This document shows, one piece after another, positions 24,316 through 33,176 of a DNA stretch of 64,000 bases. Position 1 is the stretch's first letter, and each line of letters starts with the position of its first letter. The notes under the pieces were generated by a model that worked only from the letters and a program-made list of their open reading frames with translations, was not told the DNA's origin and made no database searches. The position numbers were made by a program, and so were the translations under genes. The stretch is from an uncultured Bacteroidales bacterium (GTDB taxonomy: Bacteria > Bacteroidota > Bacteroidia > Bacteroidales > VadinHA17), in contig CAWKJD010000003.1 of the NCBI GenBank assembly GCA_963849945.1, positions 302,818 to 366,817 of the forward strand, read 5' to 3'.

Positions 24316-26517
24316 ATGATTACTAGAAGTTTTAAATTGGCGTTGCTGCCTGCAGCATTAATCTGCATGATTTGTGGCACAGGACTGAAGGCTCAATCAC
24401 TCCAGGAGGCCATAACCTTAACCAAAAATGAACAGTATGATAAAGCTGAAGCACTGTTCCAGCAACTGGTCAAGAGTGAGCCGGGAAACAGCAATCTCTA
24501 TTTCCACTATGGTGAAAATACACTGCTGAACTATTTTGCTGACACCATTTCCAACTCGCTTAACGTCGCAACCAAGGAAGCTGCTGACATCTTTGATAAA
24601 GGTATTGCAGCAAGTGCAACCAACCCGTTGAACTACGTGGGTCTTGCAAAGGTTGAGTTCTACAGGGGTAACGACGCTAAAGCTGAAGAACTGAGAGTAA
24701 AGGCAAAAGGACTTCTGCCGGCTTATAAAAAGGTGACCAAGATTGCAAACCCCAAAGATTATGCATATACCCTGGCCAAAATAGCTAAATCATATATCCG
24801 GTTTGAAACGGTGGATACCAGCAAGGCGCTGCCTTTCATCAGGGAGGCACTGAAGATCGATCCGAAAAACAGTGAGGTTTATATAATTGCCGGTGACATC
24901 TACATACTTGTAAATGACGGGTCAAAGGCCATAAAGAACTACAACCTCGCCCAGGACTGGGATCTGCAGTCTCCTACTGCCAATATGAAAATTGGCAGCA
25001 TCTATGTCAAGGGGCGTAACCTTATGGCTGCTATCCCCTTCTATGAGCAGGCGATTGCCCTGAACAAAGACTATGCACCTGCTTACCGCGAACTGGGCCA
25101 GCTTTACTCCATGGCCGGCAGGTACAAAGAGTCCAAGAATTACTTTGAAAAGTATCTTGAACTTACACAGGGAAATATCCCTGCCAGGATCAGGTATGTG
25201 AACGCACTGTTCTATGCGAAGGAATACAGCGAGGTAATCAAGAATGTTGAGGAGATTTTCGCTGTTGACCGTTCAAGGACTTATATGAACCGTATTGCCG
25301 GTTACTCAGCCTATGAAATTGGAAATTATGACCTTGCGCTCAAGTATATGGACCAGCTCTTTAAATCACTCGATAAGGACCGTATCATAAAGAAAGATTA
25401 TATCTATTACGCAAGGATACTTACAAGGAAAAACCAGAATTACAGCAAGCTGGTGATCGAGACTGATAATGATGAGGGTGATCTTACCTCGATGGAAGGG
25501 AAGTACGCCGCACTAAAGACAGGTCCTGAGAAGGTGAAAGTAAATGCTGCTATTGATGCCCTGAAAGCCAAAGTGGCAGATTCTAAAGCTAAGATTGCAA
25601 AAGCAGAAGTTGAGCTTAATAAAGCATTCGAAGCTTATGAAAAAGCTGCATTTTTTGGAGATGAGGACCTGAATTTGCTGTACGAGAAAGGTACTGCCCA
25701 GTATAATGCCCGTAAATATTCAGACGCTGCCGCAACCTGGTCTCGCCTGCTGGAAAAAGGCAGGGATACGGAAAATGACTATATTCAGATCGGAAGAGCT
25801 TACTACCAGGCCAAGGATTTCGACAAGGCTGATGCGATCTTTAACAAAATGGTTGCCAAATATCCTAACAATCTGCTGGGTTACCTTTGGATCGCCAACA
25901 CTGCTTCTGCCAAAGATCCGGATTCGGAACTGGGACTGGCCAGACCTAAGTTCATCACACTGCTGAAAAAGGCATCTGCAGACTCTGTCAAAAACGTAAG
26001 TGAAATGTTTGATGCCATAAGATACCTGGGATATGACGCCCTCCAGAACAAGAAGTACGATGAAGCAAAATCATACTACAACAGAATGATGAATCTGGCA
26101 CCTGATAAGAATGAATACAAAATAAAGGCATACAGTTCTCTCAGCACAATGTACATAACCATGGGTGATTATCCCAGGGCTATTGAAGAAAACAACAGGA
26201 TACTTGCCATAGAACCGGGCAATGAGAGTGCCAGGTCTACAATCCAATACATCCAGGCTGCCCAGAAGAATGCTGTTCCAAAAGCTCATCCAAATGAAAT
26301 CACAGGTGTTATCAGTGATGAATCAGGCAACCCGATACCGGGAGCTTCCGTAAGGGTAAAGGATACAGCTGCAGAAGCCTGGACCAACGTTAAAGGAGAA
26401 TACAAGTTTGTTATGCCGGAGGCATCAGAAATACTTGTGATAGGTGCAAAAGGCTACAAAACCATTGAGGTTACAGTAACCAAAAAGAGAGTTTATAATG
26501 CAACACTGGAAAAATAA
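24316..26517 (+). CDS. TPR-repeat protein with C-terminal CarboxypepD_reg-like domain
   Basis: Signal peptide and many TPR-like A..Y..AL..DP...A.. repeats. The C-terminus ITGVISDESGNPIPGASVRVKDTAAEAWTNVKGEYKFVMPEASEILVIGAKGYKTIEVTV resembles the N-terminal domain of SusC-type transporters. Confidence 0.8.
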   Translation: MITRSFKLALLPAALICMICGTGLKAQSLQEAITLTKNEQYDKAEALFQQLVKSEPGNSNLYFHYGENTLLNYFADTISNSLNVATKEAADIFDKGIAASATNPLNYVGLAKVEFYRGNDAKAEELRVKAKGLLPAYKKVTKIANPKDYAYTLAKIAKSYIRFETVDTSKALPFIREALKIDPKNSEVYIIAGDIYILVNDGSKAIKNYNLAQDWDLQSPTANMKIGSIYVKGRNLMAAIPFYEQAIALNKDYAPAYRELGQLYSMAGRYKESKNYFEKYLELTQGNIPARIRYVNALFYAKEYSEVIKNVEEIFAVDRSRTYMNRIAGYSAYEIGNYDLALKYMDQLFKSLDKDRIIKKDYIYYARILTRKNQNYSKLVIETDNDEGDLTSMEGKYAALKTGPEKVKVNAAIDALKAKVADSKAKIAKAEVELNKAFEAYEKAAFFGDEDLNLLYEKGTAQYNARKYSDAAATWSRLLEKGRDTENDYIQIGRAYYQAKDFDKADAIFNKMVAKYPNNLLGYLWIANTASAKDPDSELGLARPKFITLLKKASADSVKNVSEMFDAIRYLGYDALQNKKYDEAKSYYNRMMNLAPDKNEYKIKAYSSLSTMYITMGDYPRAIEENNRILAIEPGNESARSTIQYIQAAQKNAVPKAHPNEITGVISDESGNPIPGASVRVKDTAAEAWTNVKGEYKFVMPEASEILVIGAKGYKTIEVTVTKKRVYNATLEK

Positions 26518-26581
26518 ACTTAAAAGAGATTTTAATTATATCTAATTGATTGAGACTATTGTAAAAGATTAAGAGAATAAT

Positions 26582-26589
26582 TATTTTTG
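26582..26589 (+). promoter_or_regulatory. -7 promoter box (TATTTTTG) for exbB
   Basis: It overlaps the TTG start of the track ORF (26587). The ATG follows at 26626. Confidence 0.4.
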
Positions 26590-26625
26590 ACAACTGTTTA
26601 CTTAAACCAACTAAAGAATACTAAA

Positions 26626-27441
26626 ATGAGTAAGAATTCCAAATCGTCGAGCGGACTGTTTCAGTCGCTTTTTGCACCTCTAGTTATCGTTATAGCTTTT
26701 GTCGTGTCTTATTTTATCTTCACTAAAATCTTTGGTGATTCAGCGAACTTTGAAGCTGGCAATAACAAGGGACATCCCCTTCAGGGTAATATTCTCGGGC
26801 TGTTGTACAGGGGAGGTATAATTGTTCCGTTACTTCTCACTGTCATCATTACACTGATAACTTTTGTCATCGAACGAGCTATTACTCTCAGCAGGGTTCA
26901 GGGCAAGCAAAGACTTAACGTATTTGTCTCCAATCTTCAGCATCTGCTTGCTGAGGACAAGATTGAAGATGCTATAGTTGCGTGTGACAAGCAGAAAGGC
27001 TCGCTTGCAAATGTCATGAAAGCAGGATTAACACGCTACCGTGCACTGGAGAATGACAAGGAGCTTGAAAAAGACCAGAAGATCACATCAATGAAACAGG
27101 CAATTGAAGAGGCTACAGCTCTTGAGCTTCCGGTCCTCTCAAGGAATATGGTTTTTCTTTCAACCATTGCCTCAATCTCTGTGCTTATCGGTCTTATTGG
27201 AACAGTGCTTGGAATGATCCGTGCTTTCGCAGCCCTGGCACAGTCAGGTGCTCCTGATGCACTGGCCCTCTCAACAGGTATATCCGAGGCCCTTGTCAAT
27301 ACCGCATTCGGTATCACAGGATCAACCCTCGCTATCATTTTCTTTAATATGTTCTCAACACAGATTGACAATTATGTCTTCAAAATCGATGAAGCAGGTT
27401 TCAGCCTGACTCAGACTTTTGCAGCATCAGTGAGGAAATAA
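26626..27441 (+). CDS. exbB: MotA/TolQ/ExbB proton channel protein
   Basis: Three TM helices. The conserved C-terminal part is LSTIASISVLIGLIGTVLGMIRAF...ISEALVNTAFGI. Confidence 0.9.
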   Translation: MSKNSKSSSGLFQSLFAPLVIVIAFVVSYFIFTKIFGDSANFEAGNNKGHPLQGNILGLLYRGGIIVPLLLTVIITLITFVIERAITLSRVQGKQRLNVFVSNLQHLLAEDKIEDAIVACDKQKGSLANVMKAGLTRYRALENDKELEKDQKITSMKQAIEEATALELPVLSRNMVFLSTIASISVLIGLIGTVLGMIRAFAALAQSGAPDALALSTGISEALVNTAFGITGSTLAIIFFNMFSTQIDNYVFKIDEAGFSLTQTFAASVRK

Positions 27442-27487
27442 TTCGCCAAATTTATTCTTTTGGTTAAAAAAGAAAGGATTTAGAAAC

Positions 27488-28123
27488 ATGCCAAAGATTA
27501 AATTAGCAACCAAGTCGCCACGAATCGACATGACGCCGATGGTTGACCTGTTTACGCTGCTGCTTACCTTCTTTATTCTGACAGCAACGTTCAGGCCCCA
27601 GGAGGCAGCTCCTGTTGATACACCTTTTTCTGTGTCGGAGACGCCGATGATGGATGACAACATTATGACAATCCTCATCACCAAAGACAGCAAGATATTT
27701 TTCAATGTTGACAACGGCCCGGACACCATTCTTAAATTCAGGCCGAAGATCCTTGCCGAAATGGGCAAGCGCTACAACATTGAGTTTAGCCCGGATGAAC
27801 TGCGCAAATTTGAAAAAAGCGGTGCAGGCTTTGGCGTTGCCATCCAGGATATGAAAGCTTATCTTGATGCCAGGACGGCAGATGAAAAGAAAGTCTATGA
27901 AAAAGGCATTCCGGTTGATTCTACCGACAATCAGCTTGCATTATGGATCCTCTTTGCACGCCAGGTGAACCCTGCAGTGCGGACACTGATCAAAGGTGAT
28001 GCTGATGTTGAATTCCCCGTCGTCAAGAAAGTGCTTGACATGCTCCAGGATAAAAACGTGAACAGATTCAACCTGATCACTAATCTTGAAAAAGTTGAAG
28101 TAACCGAGGCAAAAACCGAGTAA
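27488..28123 (+). CDS. exbD: ExbD/TolR biopolymer transport protein (long form)
   Basis: IDMTPMVDLFTLLLTFFIL is the ExbD N-terminal anchor motif. 211 aa. Confidence 0.85.
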   Translation: MPKIKLATKSPRIDMTPMVDLFTLLLTFFILTATFRPQEAAPVDTPFSVSETPMMDDNIMTILITKDSKIFFNVDNGPDTILKFRPKILAEMGKRYNIEFSPDELRKFEKSGAGFGVAIQDMKAYLDARTADEKKVYEKGIPVDSTDNQLALWILFARQVNPAVRTLIKGDADVEFPVVKKVLDMLQDKNVNRFNLITNLEKVEVTEAKTE

Positions 28124-28124
28124 G

Positions 28125-28781
28125 ATGGCAGAGATTATTCAAGAGGAAAAAGGTAAAGGCGGAAAGAAAAAACCGCGCAAAGGTGATGCTCACGTAGATA
28201 TGACACCTATGGTGGACCTGATGAGCTTGCTCATCACGTTCTTCATGCTCACTGCAGCTTTCAGCAAACCGAAGGTTATGGAAATTGTTCTCCCTGAGAA
28301 GATCAGGAAGGATGAGAAAGTTGAACCACCGAAGATTGCCGAGAGCCGTACTCTTAACATCATCCTTGGTCCAAATGACAAGGTCTTCTGGTATCCCGGA
28401 AAAGCCGATCCGGCTGTCACCGTGCTCCAGGAGACTGACTTTAGTGCAACCGGCATACGCCAGGTATTGCTTGACAGAAACAGAGCTCTCTTTAAGAAGA
28501 TTGACGATTTTGAACAGAAAGTCCTCAAGGGTGAGATTGATATCAAGCAGGATTCCATGCAAAATGCCATCAAGCAACTAAAGAAGGATGATGATACAGG
28601 GCCGATCGTTCTTATCAAAGCCTACAAGACATCAAAGTATAAGGACTTCGTTGATATTATCGACGAGATGTCTATTGTCGGCATAGCCCGTTACACATTC
28701 ACTGACATCAGCTGGATTGAGGATAACCTTGTCAATGCCGCTCTCGGTATTGCACCGGTCGCCCAGGCTCCGGCAAAATAG
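28125..28781 (+). CDS. exbD: ExbD/TolR biopolymer transport protein, second paralog
   Basis: VDMTPMVDLMSLLITFFML. Starts 1 nt after the previous stop. Confidence 0.85.
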   Translation: MAEIIQEEKGKGGKKKPRKGDAHVDMTPMVDLMSLLITFFMLTAAFSKPKVMEIVLPEKIRKDEKVEPPKIAESRTLNIILGPNDKVFWYPGKADPAVTVLQETDFSATGIRQVLLDRNRALFKKIDDFEQKVLKGEIDIKQDSMQNAIKQLKKDDDTGPIVLIKAYKTSKYKDFVDIIDEMSIVGIARYTFTDISWIEDNLVNAALGIAPVAQAPAK

Positions 28782-28793
28782 AAGGGAACTGAT

Positions 28794-29570
28794 ATGGCAA
28801 AAGAAAAGAAACATTACCCCAGTCTGGATGACATAGTCTTCGCAGACAGGAATAAGGAATACGGGGCTTATGACCTTCGCAGGAAATATAACAGGACGTT
28901 GACTATCTCCATGGCAATAGGTCTGGTCATAGTTTTGATTGCTGTGATTATTCCCTACATAAAGGCCAAAAACATTGCCCAGATAAAAGCCAGGGATGCC
29001 AATGAGATTATCGCTCAGATGGCAAATGACATCAACCAGGAAGAAGCGGCTCCGCCGCCACCTCCTCCACCCCCACCGCCTACAGAACAGCAGACTGTTG
29101 TTAAATATGTGGCTCCGGTGATAGTTGACACCGTAAAGCCTGAAGACCAGACACAGCTTATGACCGCCGACGACGTGTCAGAGACTGTTACTGACCAGCA
29201 GGTTGTTGAGGTTGTCGAACAGCCTAAGGAAGAGGTTGCGTACGAGGCTCCGGCAGAAGTGTTTGTCGTGGTTGAAGAGATGCCGTCATTCCCCGGAGGG
29301 GATACTGAACTCTTCAAGTTTATCTACGACAACATCAAGTATCCGGAACTTGCCAAGGAAAACAATATTCAGGGCAAGGTAATACTCCGTTTCTGCGTGA
29401 CCTACAAGGGCACTGTTGATCAGGTATCCGTTGTCAGAGGTGTTGACCCTTCTCTTGATGAAGAGGCTGTAAGGGTTATTAAACTCCTTCCGCTGTGGAA
29501 ACCGGGTAAACAGGGAGGCAAACCAGTGAACGTCTGGTACAGCGTGCCAATCAGCTTCCAGCTTAAGTAA
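28794..29570 (+). CDS. tonB: Energy transducer TonB
   Basis: N-terminal anchor, A-P10-T proline run, and C-terminal VEEMPSFPGGDTELFKFIYDNIKYPELAKENNIQGKVILRFCV...GKPVNVWYSVPISF. Confidence 0.9.
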   Translation: MAKEKKHYPSLDDIVFADRNKEYGAYDLRRKYNRTLTISMAIGLVIVLIAVIIPYIKAKNIAQIKARDANEIIAQMANDINQEEAAPPPPPPPPPPTEQQTVVKYVAPVIVDTVKPEDQTQLMTADDVSETVTDQQVVEVVEQPKEEVAYEAPAEVFVVVEEMPSFPGGDTELFKFIYDNIKYPELAKENNIQGKVILRFCVTYKGTVDQVSVVRGVDPSLDEEAVRVIKLLPLWKPGKQGGKPVNVWYSVPISFQLK

Positions 29571-29586
29571 CCAAAGCTTCTATAAT

Positions 29587-29620
29587 AAAAAAGGTGCCTT
29601 TCACAAGACACCTTTTTTTT
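29587..29620. terminator. Bidirectional rho-independent terminator
   Basis: aaaaaaggtg..ctt-tcac-aag..cacctttttttt. It lies between convergent genes. Confidence 0.65.
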
Positions 29621-29634
29621 ATTGTGATTTGTTG

Positions 29635-30480
29635 TCAGGGCCTGAGCATCGCGCTGATATAACGTTCTGCCAGCGGTGTGCCGTTGCTGTCAAGGCCGCT
29701 GATGATAACCATCCTCTCACGCTGCTGCGCCATATGAAGCAACCCGTTAAAACCATCTTCAAAAACATATTTAAAGGTATCTTCATTCCCGGTATAGGCA
29801 TCACCGGCAAGCTTTGCGGCCATATCTGATGCCTCAGCAGTGCTTTTGCAGTTAAAAAAATACACATCAAACCGGTTATTGCCAACCTCATACGAGGCCC
29901 TGAAGGCGCCGCGGAGAAATTCATGACCCAAAACACTCTCGAGTATAAAGGTTTCCTGATTCTTAAGCAGTCCCTCTGCCGGAAAAAGCCTGAGCAGTGC
30001 AGGAAATTCATTTTTCCCTTCAATGCGGTCTGAAATCATTTCTGCAAGGTTATTCATTGCCTCATTGACTCTTTTTGACTTCGATTGGGTCATTATTTTA
30101 ACATAAAAACGATCCTTATAAAAATACACAAGACCCTCCTCATTAAAGCCCTGTACTCCTACCGGAATAAAATTATATCCCGGAGAGCGCTCAAGTGAAT
30201 ACATCCCGAAGGCCATAGCGTCATCACCAAACCTGTAAATCTCGGCTTTGATATTATTTTTCCCCTTCACATATTCGGTAATATTAAGGTCAACGAAACC
30301 CAGGGCCAGGTAAGCATCAGCAGCCCCGTCGATGTAATTCCACAGGTCATCGGGAGTATATACCGGATATTCATTTACTGCCTTATACCCTTTGAGTACG
30401 GGGAAGAGTCCCTGCTGCGCAAAAAGGCCGGAAACAGATATTACTGCTATGAAAATGACAACAACAGATTTCCTTATCAT
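29635..30480 (-). CDS. Hypothetical secreted protein
   Basis: Signal peptide MIRKSVVVIFIAVISVSGLFAQ. 281 aa. No family named with confidence. Confidence 0.65.
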   Translation of the reverse strand: MIRKSVVVIFIAVISVSGLFAQQGLFPVLKGYKAVNEYPVYTPDDLWNYIDGAADAYLALGFVDLNITEYVKGKNNIKAEIYRFGDDAMAFGMYSLERSPGYNFIPVGVQGFNEEGLVYFYKDRFYVKIMTQSKSKRVNEAMNNLAEMISDRIEGKNEFPALLRLFPAEGLLKNQETFILESVLGHEFLRGAFRASYEVGNNRFDVYFFNCKSTAEASDMAAKLAGDAYTGNEDTFKYVFEDGFNGLLHMAQQRERMVIISGLDSNGTPLAERYISAMLRP

Positions 30481-30496
30481 GTTGGTTATTTGTTAG

Positions 30497-31678
30497 TTAT
30501 GCAATCAAATCGAAAGGTACCTTATTCAGGCGTGAGATATCTGAGATCTTGTCTTTAACATCAAATCCTTTGATACACTGTGCGGTACAGACATCACATC
30601 CGGCACACGGGTCAGTTTCGATGCCAGTCTGTGAAAGGAGCTCAGATGCCAAAGGCAGGCTGCCATAGCCATAGGCATACATGTATGCACGCATAATTTC
30701 AGGGATGGGCAGGTTATTGCGGCATCCCGGTATACAATTACTGCATGCATTACAATATAAGCCCTTCGATGTAACTGCTGCCTGCAAATCGGACTGTTCG
30801 GCAGACGAAATAGTAATATCCCTGAGGATTTCAAGGTCAGAAGACAGATGCTCAAAAGCAGTGATTCCCGGAATTGTTGTAGTGACGTTGGGATTTGAAA
30901 GTGCCCATTTCAAGGCTGCCCGGGTGTTGACCGGCCTGGTTCTTTCCTTATCAAGGAACCCTCCTGCCATTGTCTTCATTGCGACAACACCAATACCTGC
31001 GTCTGCTGCGGCCTGCAACGCTTCATTCATCTCATCGCGGTATGTCTGCGTGAAGTTATAGGCAGTCAGCACAACGTCCCATATACCGTCTTCTGCCATG
31101 GCTTTAATGACAACAGGCTCATTCTTGTGCGTTGAGACACCAATGAATCTGACTTTTCCTTTCTTTTTGAGATCAAGCATGGCATTTACTATTTCCTTAT
31201 GCCTTAACACATCAGGATGGTCAACTCCATGCATGTATAAAATATCCACATAACTCATCTTCAGTCTTGAAAGACTGATCTCAAATTTTGACAGAAAGTT
31301 CGCAGCAGTAGTCTCACTTGTAGGTTTACCTGTCTGACGGTCAATGCCTGCCGGGCCGACTTTTGTAGCAATAATGAATGAATTCCGGGGTACGGTAGTA
31401 AAAAAATTACCAAGCATTTCTTCGTTCCGGCCGTTCTGATAACCATTGGCAGTGTCAAACAATTTAATTCCCCCATCGTATGCACCCTTTACGAGAGCGC
31501 TGTTATCAGATCTCATAACTCCGAAGCTGACAACGGGAATTTTTAATCCAGTTTTACCCAATGTCCGGTAAATGACTTCATCACTGGCCGAAACGCCGGA
31601 CGCCAGAGAGGTCTTGTTAAGCACTGCAAGGCCTGCTGCTCCGGCCAGGCCTGACCTCAGAAATGATCTTCGTTTCAT
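30497..31678 (-). CDS. Tat-exported aldo/keto reductase with C-terminal 2x[4Fe-4S] ferredoxin-type motifs
   Basis: MKRRSFLRSGLAGAAGLAVL is a twin-arginine signal. The AKR core is DTANGYQNGRNEE...YMHG. The C-terminus carries CNACSNCIPGC and CAGCDVCTAQC, both of the form CxxCxxCxxxC. Confidence 0.8.
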   Translation of the reverse strand: MKRRSFLRSGLAGAAGLAVLNKTSLASGVSASDEVIYRTLGKTGLKIPVVSFGVMRSDNSALVKGAYDGGIKLFDTANGYQNGRNEEMLGNFFTTVPRNSFIIATKVGPAGIDRQTGKPTSETTAANFLSKFEISLSRLKMSYVDILYMHGVDHPDVLRHKEIVNAMLDLKKKGKVRFIGVSTHKNEPVVIKAMAEDGIWDVVLTAYNFTQTYRDEMNEALQAAADAGIGVVAMKTMAGGFLDKERTRPVNTRAALKWALSNPNVTTTIPGITAFEHLSSDLEILRDITISSAEQSDLQAAVTSKGLYCNACSNCIPGCRNNLPIPEIMRAYMYAYGYGSLPLASELLSQTGIETDPCAGCDVCTAQCIKGFDVKDKISDISRLNKVPFDLIA

Positions 31679-31696
31679 ATTTTCAGAATTGTTTTT

Positions 31697-32437
31697 TTAT
31701 TGAAGTTGCCTTATTCTTATTTCGGTACTGCTTCTGTCAATGAGCGGCAGAAGAAGGTTGGTATCGGTATCGCCGTAATGGTAAGGGTACAATATAGCCG
31801 GACGGATCATACGTACAGCATCAGCCACCATTTCGGGTGTCATAGTGTAGGGGAGATTCATTGGGAGAAAGGCGACATCAATATTTTTCAGTTTTGCCAT
31901 CTCCGGAATATTTTCAGTATCACCGGCAATATAGATCCGTTTATCGCCGAGGGTAAGAACATAACCGTTTCCCTCCCCTTTCGGATGATAAGGGTTCCCG
32001 GGAGAACGTTCATGCACGATATTATAAGCCGGCACAGCTTCAATCTTAATGTCTCCCCACATAATGACGTCGCCGTTCTTCAAAACCTTTGCTTCCGGTA
32101 GTTTGGGAGCCGACAGTGCATTGCAATAGATCACTGTGGTGCTTTTAACCGTTTTAGCGATGGCATTGAGATCAAGGTGGTCACTGTGCTGATGAGTTAT
32201 CAGGATCAGGTCTGCCTTTGGAAGAGTAGAGTAATCGGCCACTGATGAATAGGGATCAATCTGGATGACCCTGTCATTGTATTTAAACATCAGTGATCCA
32301 TGCCCGAGGAACCACATCTCAACCGGTCCGTTACCGGTAATGAGAGTATCATGCTCAAAACTTTTCTGCGCCATAATTTCTATTCCGTTAGTTAGCAGAA
32401 GGAATGACAGAATTGTTAATAAGAATCGTGTTTTCAT
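31697..32437 (-). CDS. MBL-fold metallo-hydrolase, secreted
   Basis: Signal peptide MKTRFLLTILSFLLL. It has the ITHQHSDHLD motif and later D/H ligands. Confidence 0.85.
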   Translation of the reverse strand: MKTRFLLTILSFLLLTNGIEIMAQKSFEHDTLITGNGPVEMWFLGHGSLMFKYNDRVIQIDPYSSVADYSTLPKADLILITHQHSDHLDLNAIAKTVKSTTVIYCNALSAPKLPEAKVLKNGDVIMWGDIKIEAVPAYNIVHERSPGNPYHPKGEGNGYVLTLGDKRIYIAGDTENIPEMAKLKNIDVAFLPMNLPYTMTPEMVADAVRMIRPAILYPYHYGDTDTNLLLPLIDRSSTEIRIRQLQ

Positions 32438-32528
32438 GCTGCCATAGTTCAAAGTGTCTGAGCCAATATACAAATATTTTATATTATTTTAGTGGTGCTG
32501 TCGTTCAGCTTAAAAAATCGCAAGCAAT

Positions 32529-33176
32529 ATGGGCCGTTACATTCACAACCTGATCTTAAAAGGCGAAGGAATGAATCTTGACTTTAAGTATTGCATTTCT
32601 GACCCGCAGAAGATTGCCCGCACCCTGTCTGCCTTTTCAAACAGTGACGGAGGAAAGCTGCTTATAGGAGTAAGGGATAATGGCTCACTTGCAGGCGTGA
32701 GGTCTGATGAAGAATACTACATGATAAATTCAGCCGCCACATTGTATTGTGACCCGGAGGTCAAAATCATTTCCAGGAATCATACGGTAAACGGCAAGAA
32801 CATCCTTGAGGTTGACGTTCCCAAAAGTGCAAAGATACCGGTAAAGGCCAGGGACGAGGAAGGCAGATGGAAAGCATATTTCAGACAGGGTGATCAGAAC
32901 TTTATGGCCGACAGGGTAATACTTCAGGTCTGGAGGAGAGGCGCCAGCAGCAGAGGCCTCCTGTTAAGGTTCGATGAAAAGGAAAACGTCCTTTTGAATC
33001 ACCTTCGGGGAGGTGAAAAGATCTCTGTGTCCGGTTTCCGCAACCTTGCGGGTATAAACAGTAAAACTGCCGAGAAGATACTCAGTGATTTTATTCTCTG
33101 TGGCATTATTGTTTGTGAGGCAAGTGAGAAAGGTCTCTTTTACCGGCTGAGTAACGAATTCGAGCCTTCTAAATAG
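32529..33176 (+). CDS. AlbA_2 (Schlafen-like) putative DNA-binding domain protein
   Basis: GEGMNLDFKYCISDPQKIARTLSAFSNSDGGKLLIGVRDNGSLAGV matches the AlbA_2 core (E.K....I....AF.N..GG.L.IGV.D.G...G). The 3' end overlaps the convergent gene by 8 nt. Confidence 0.7.
   Translation: MGRYIHNLILKGEGMNLDFKYCISDPQKIARTLSAFSNSDGGKLLIGVRDNGSLAGVRSDEEYYMINSAATLYCDPEVKIISRNHTVNGKNILEVDVPKSAKIPVKARDEEGRWKAYFRQGDQNFMADRVILQVWRRGASSRGLLLRFDEKENVLLNHLRGGEKISVSGFRNLAGINSKTAEKILSDFILCGIIVCEASEKGLFYRLSNEFEPSK

Noticed and set aside
29053-29082. CCN-rich repeat
   Set aside because: It encodes the Pro10 linker of TonB, a normal feature of TonB proteins and not an independent DNA repeat.
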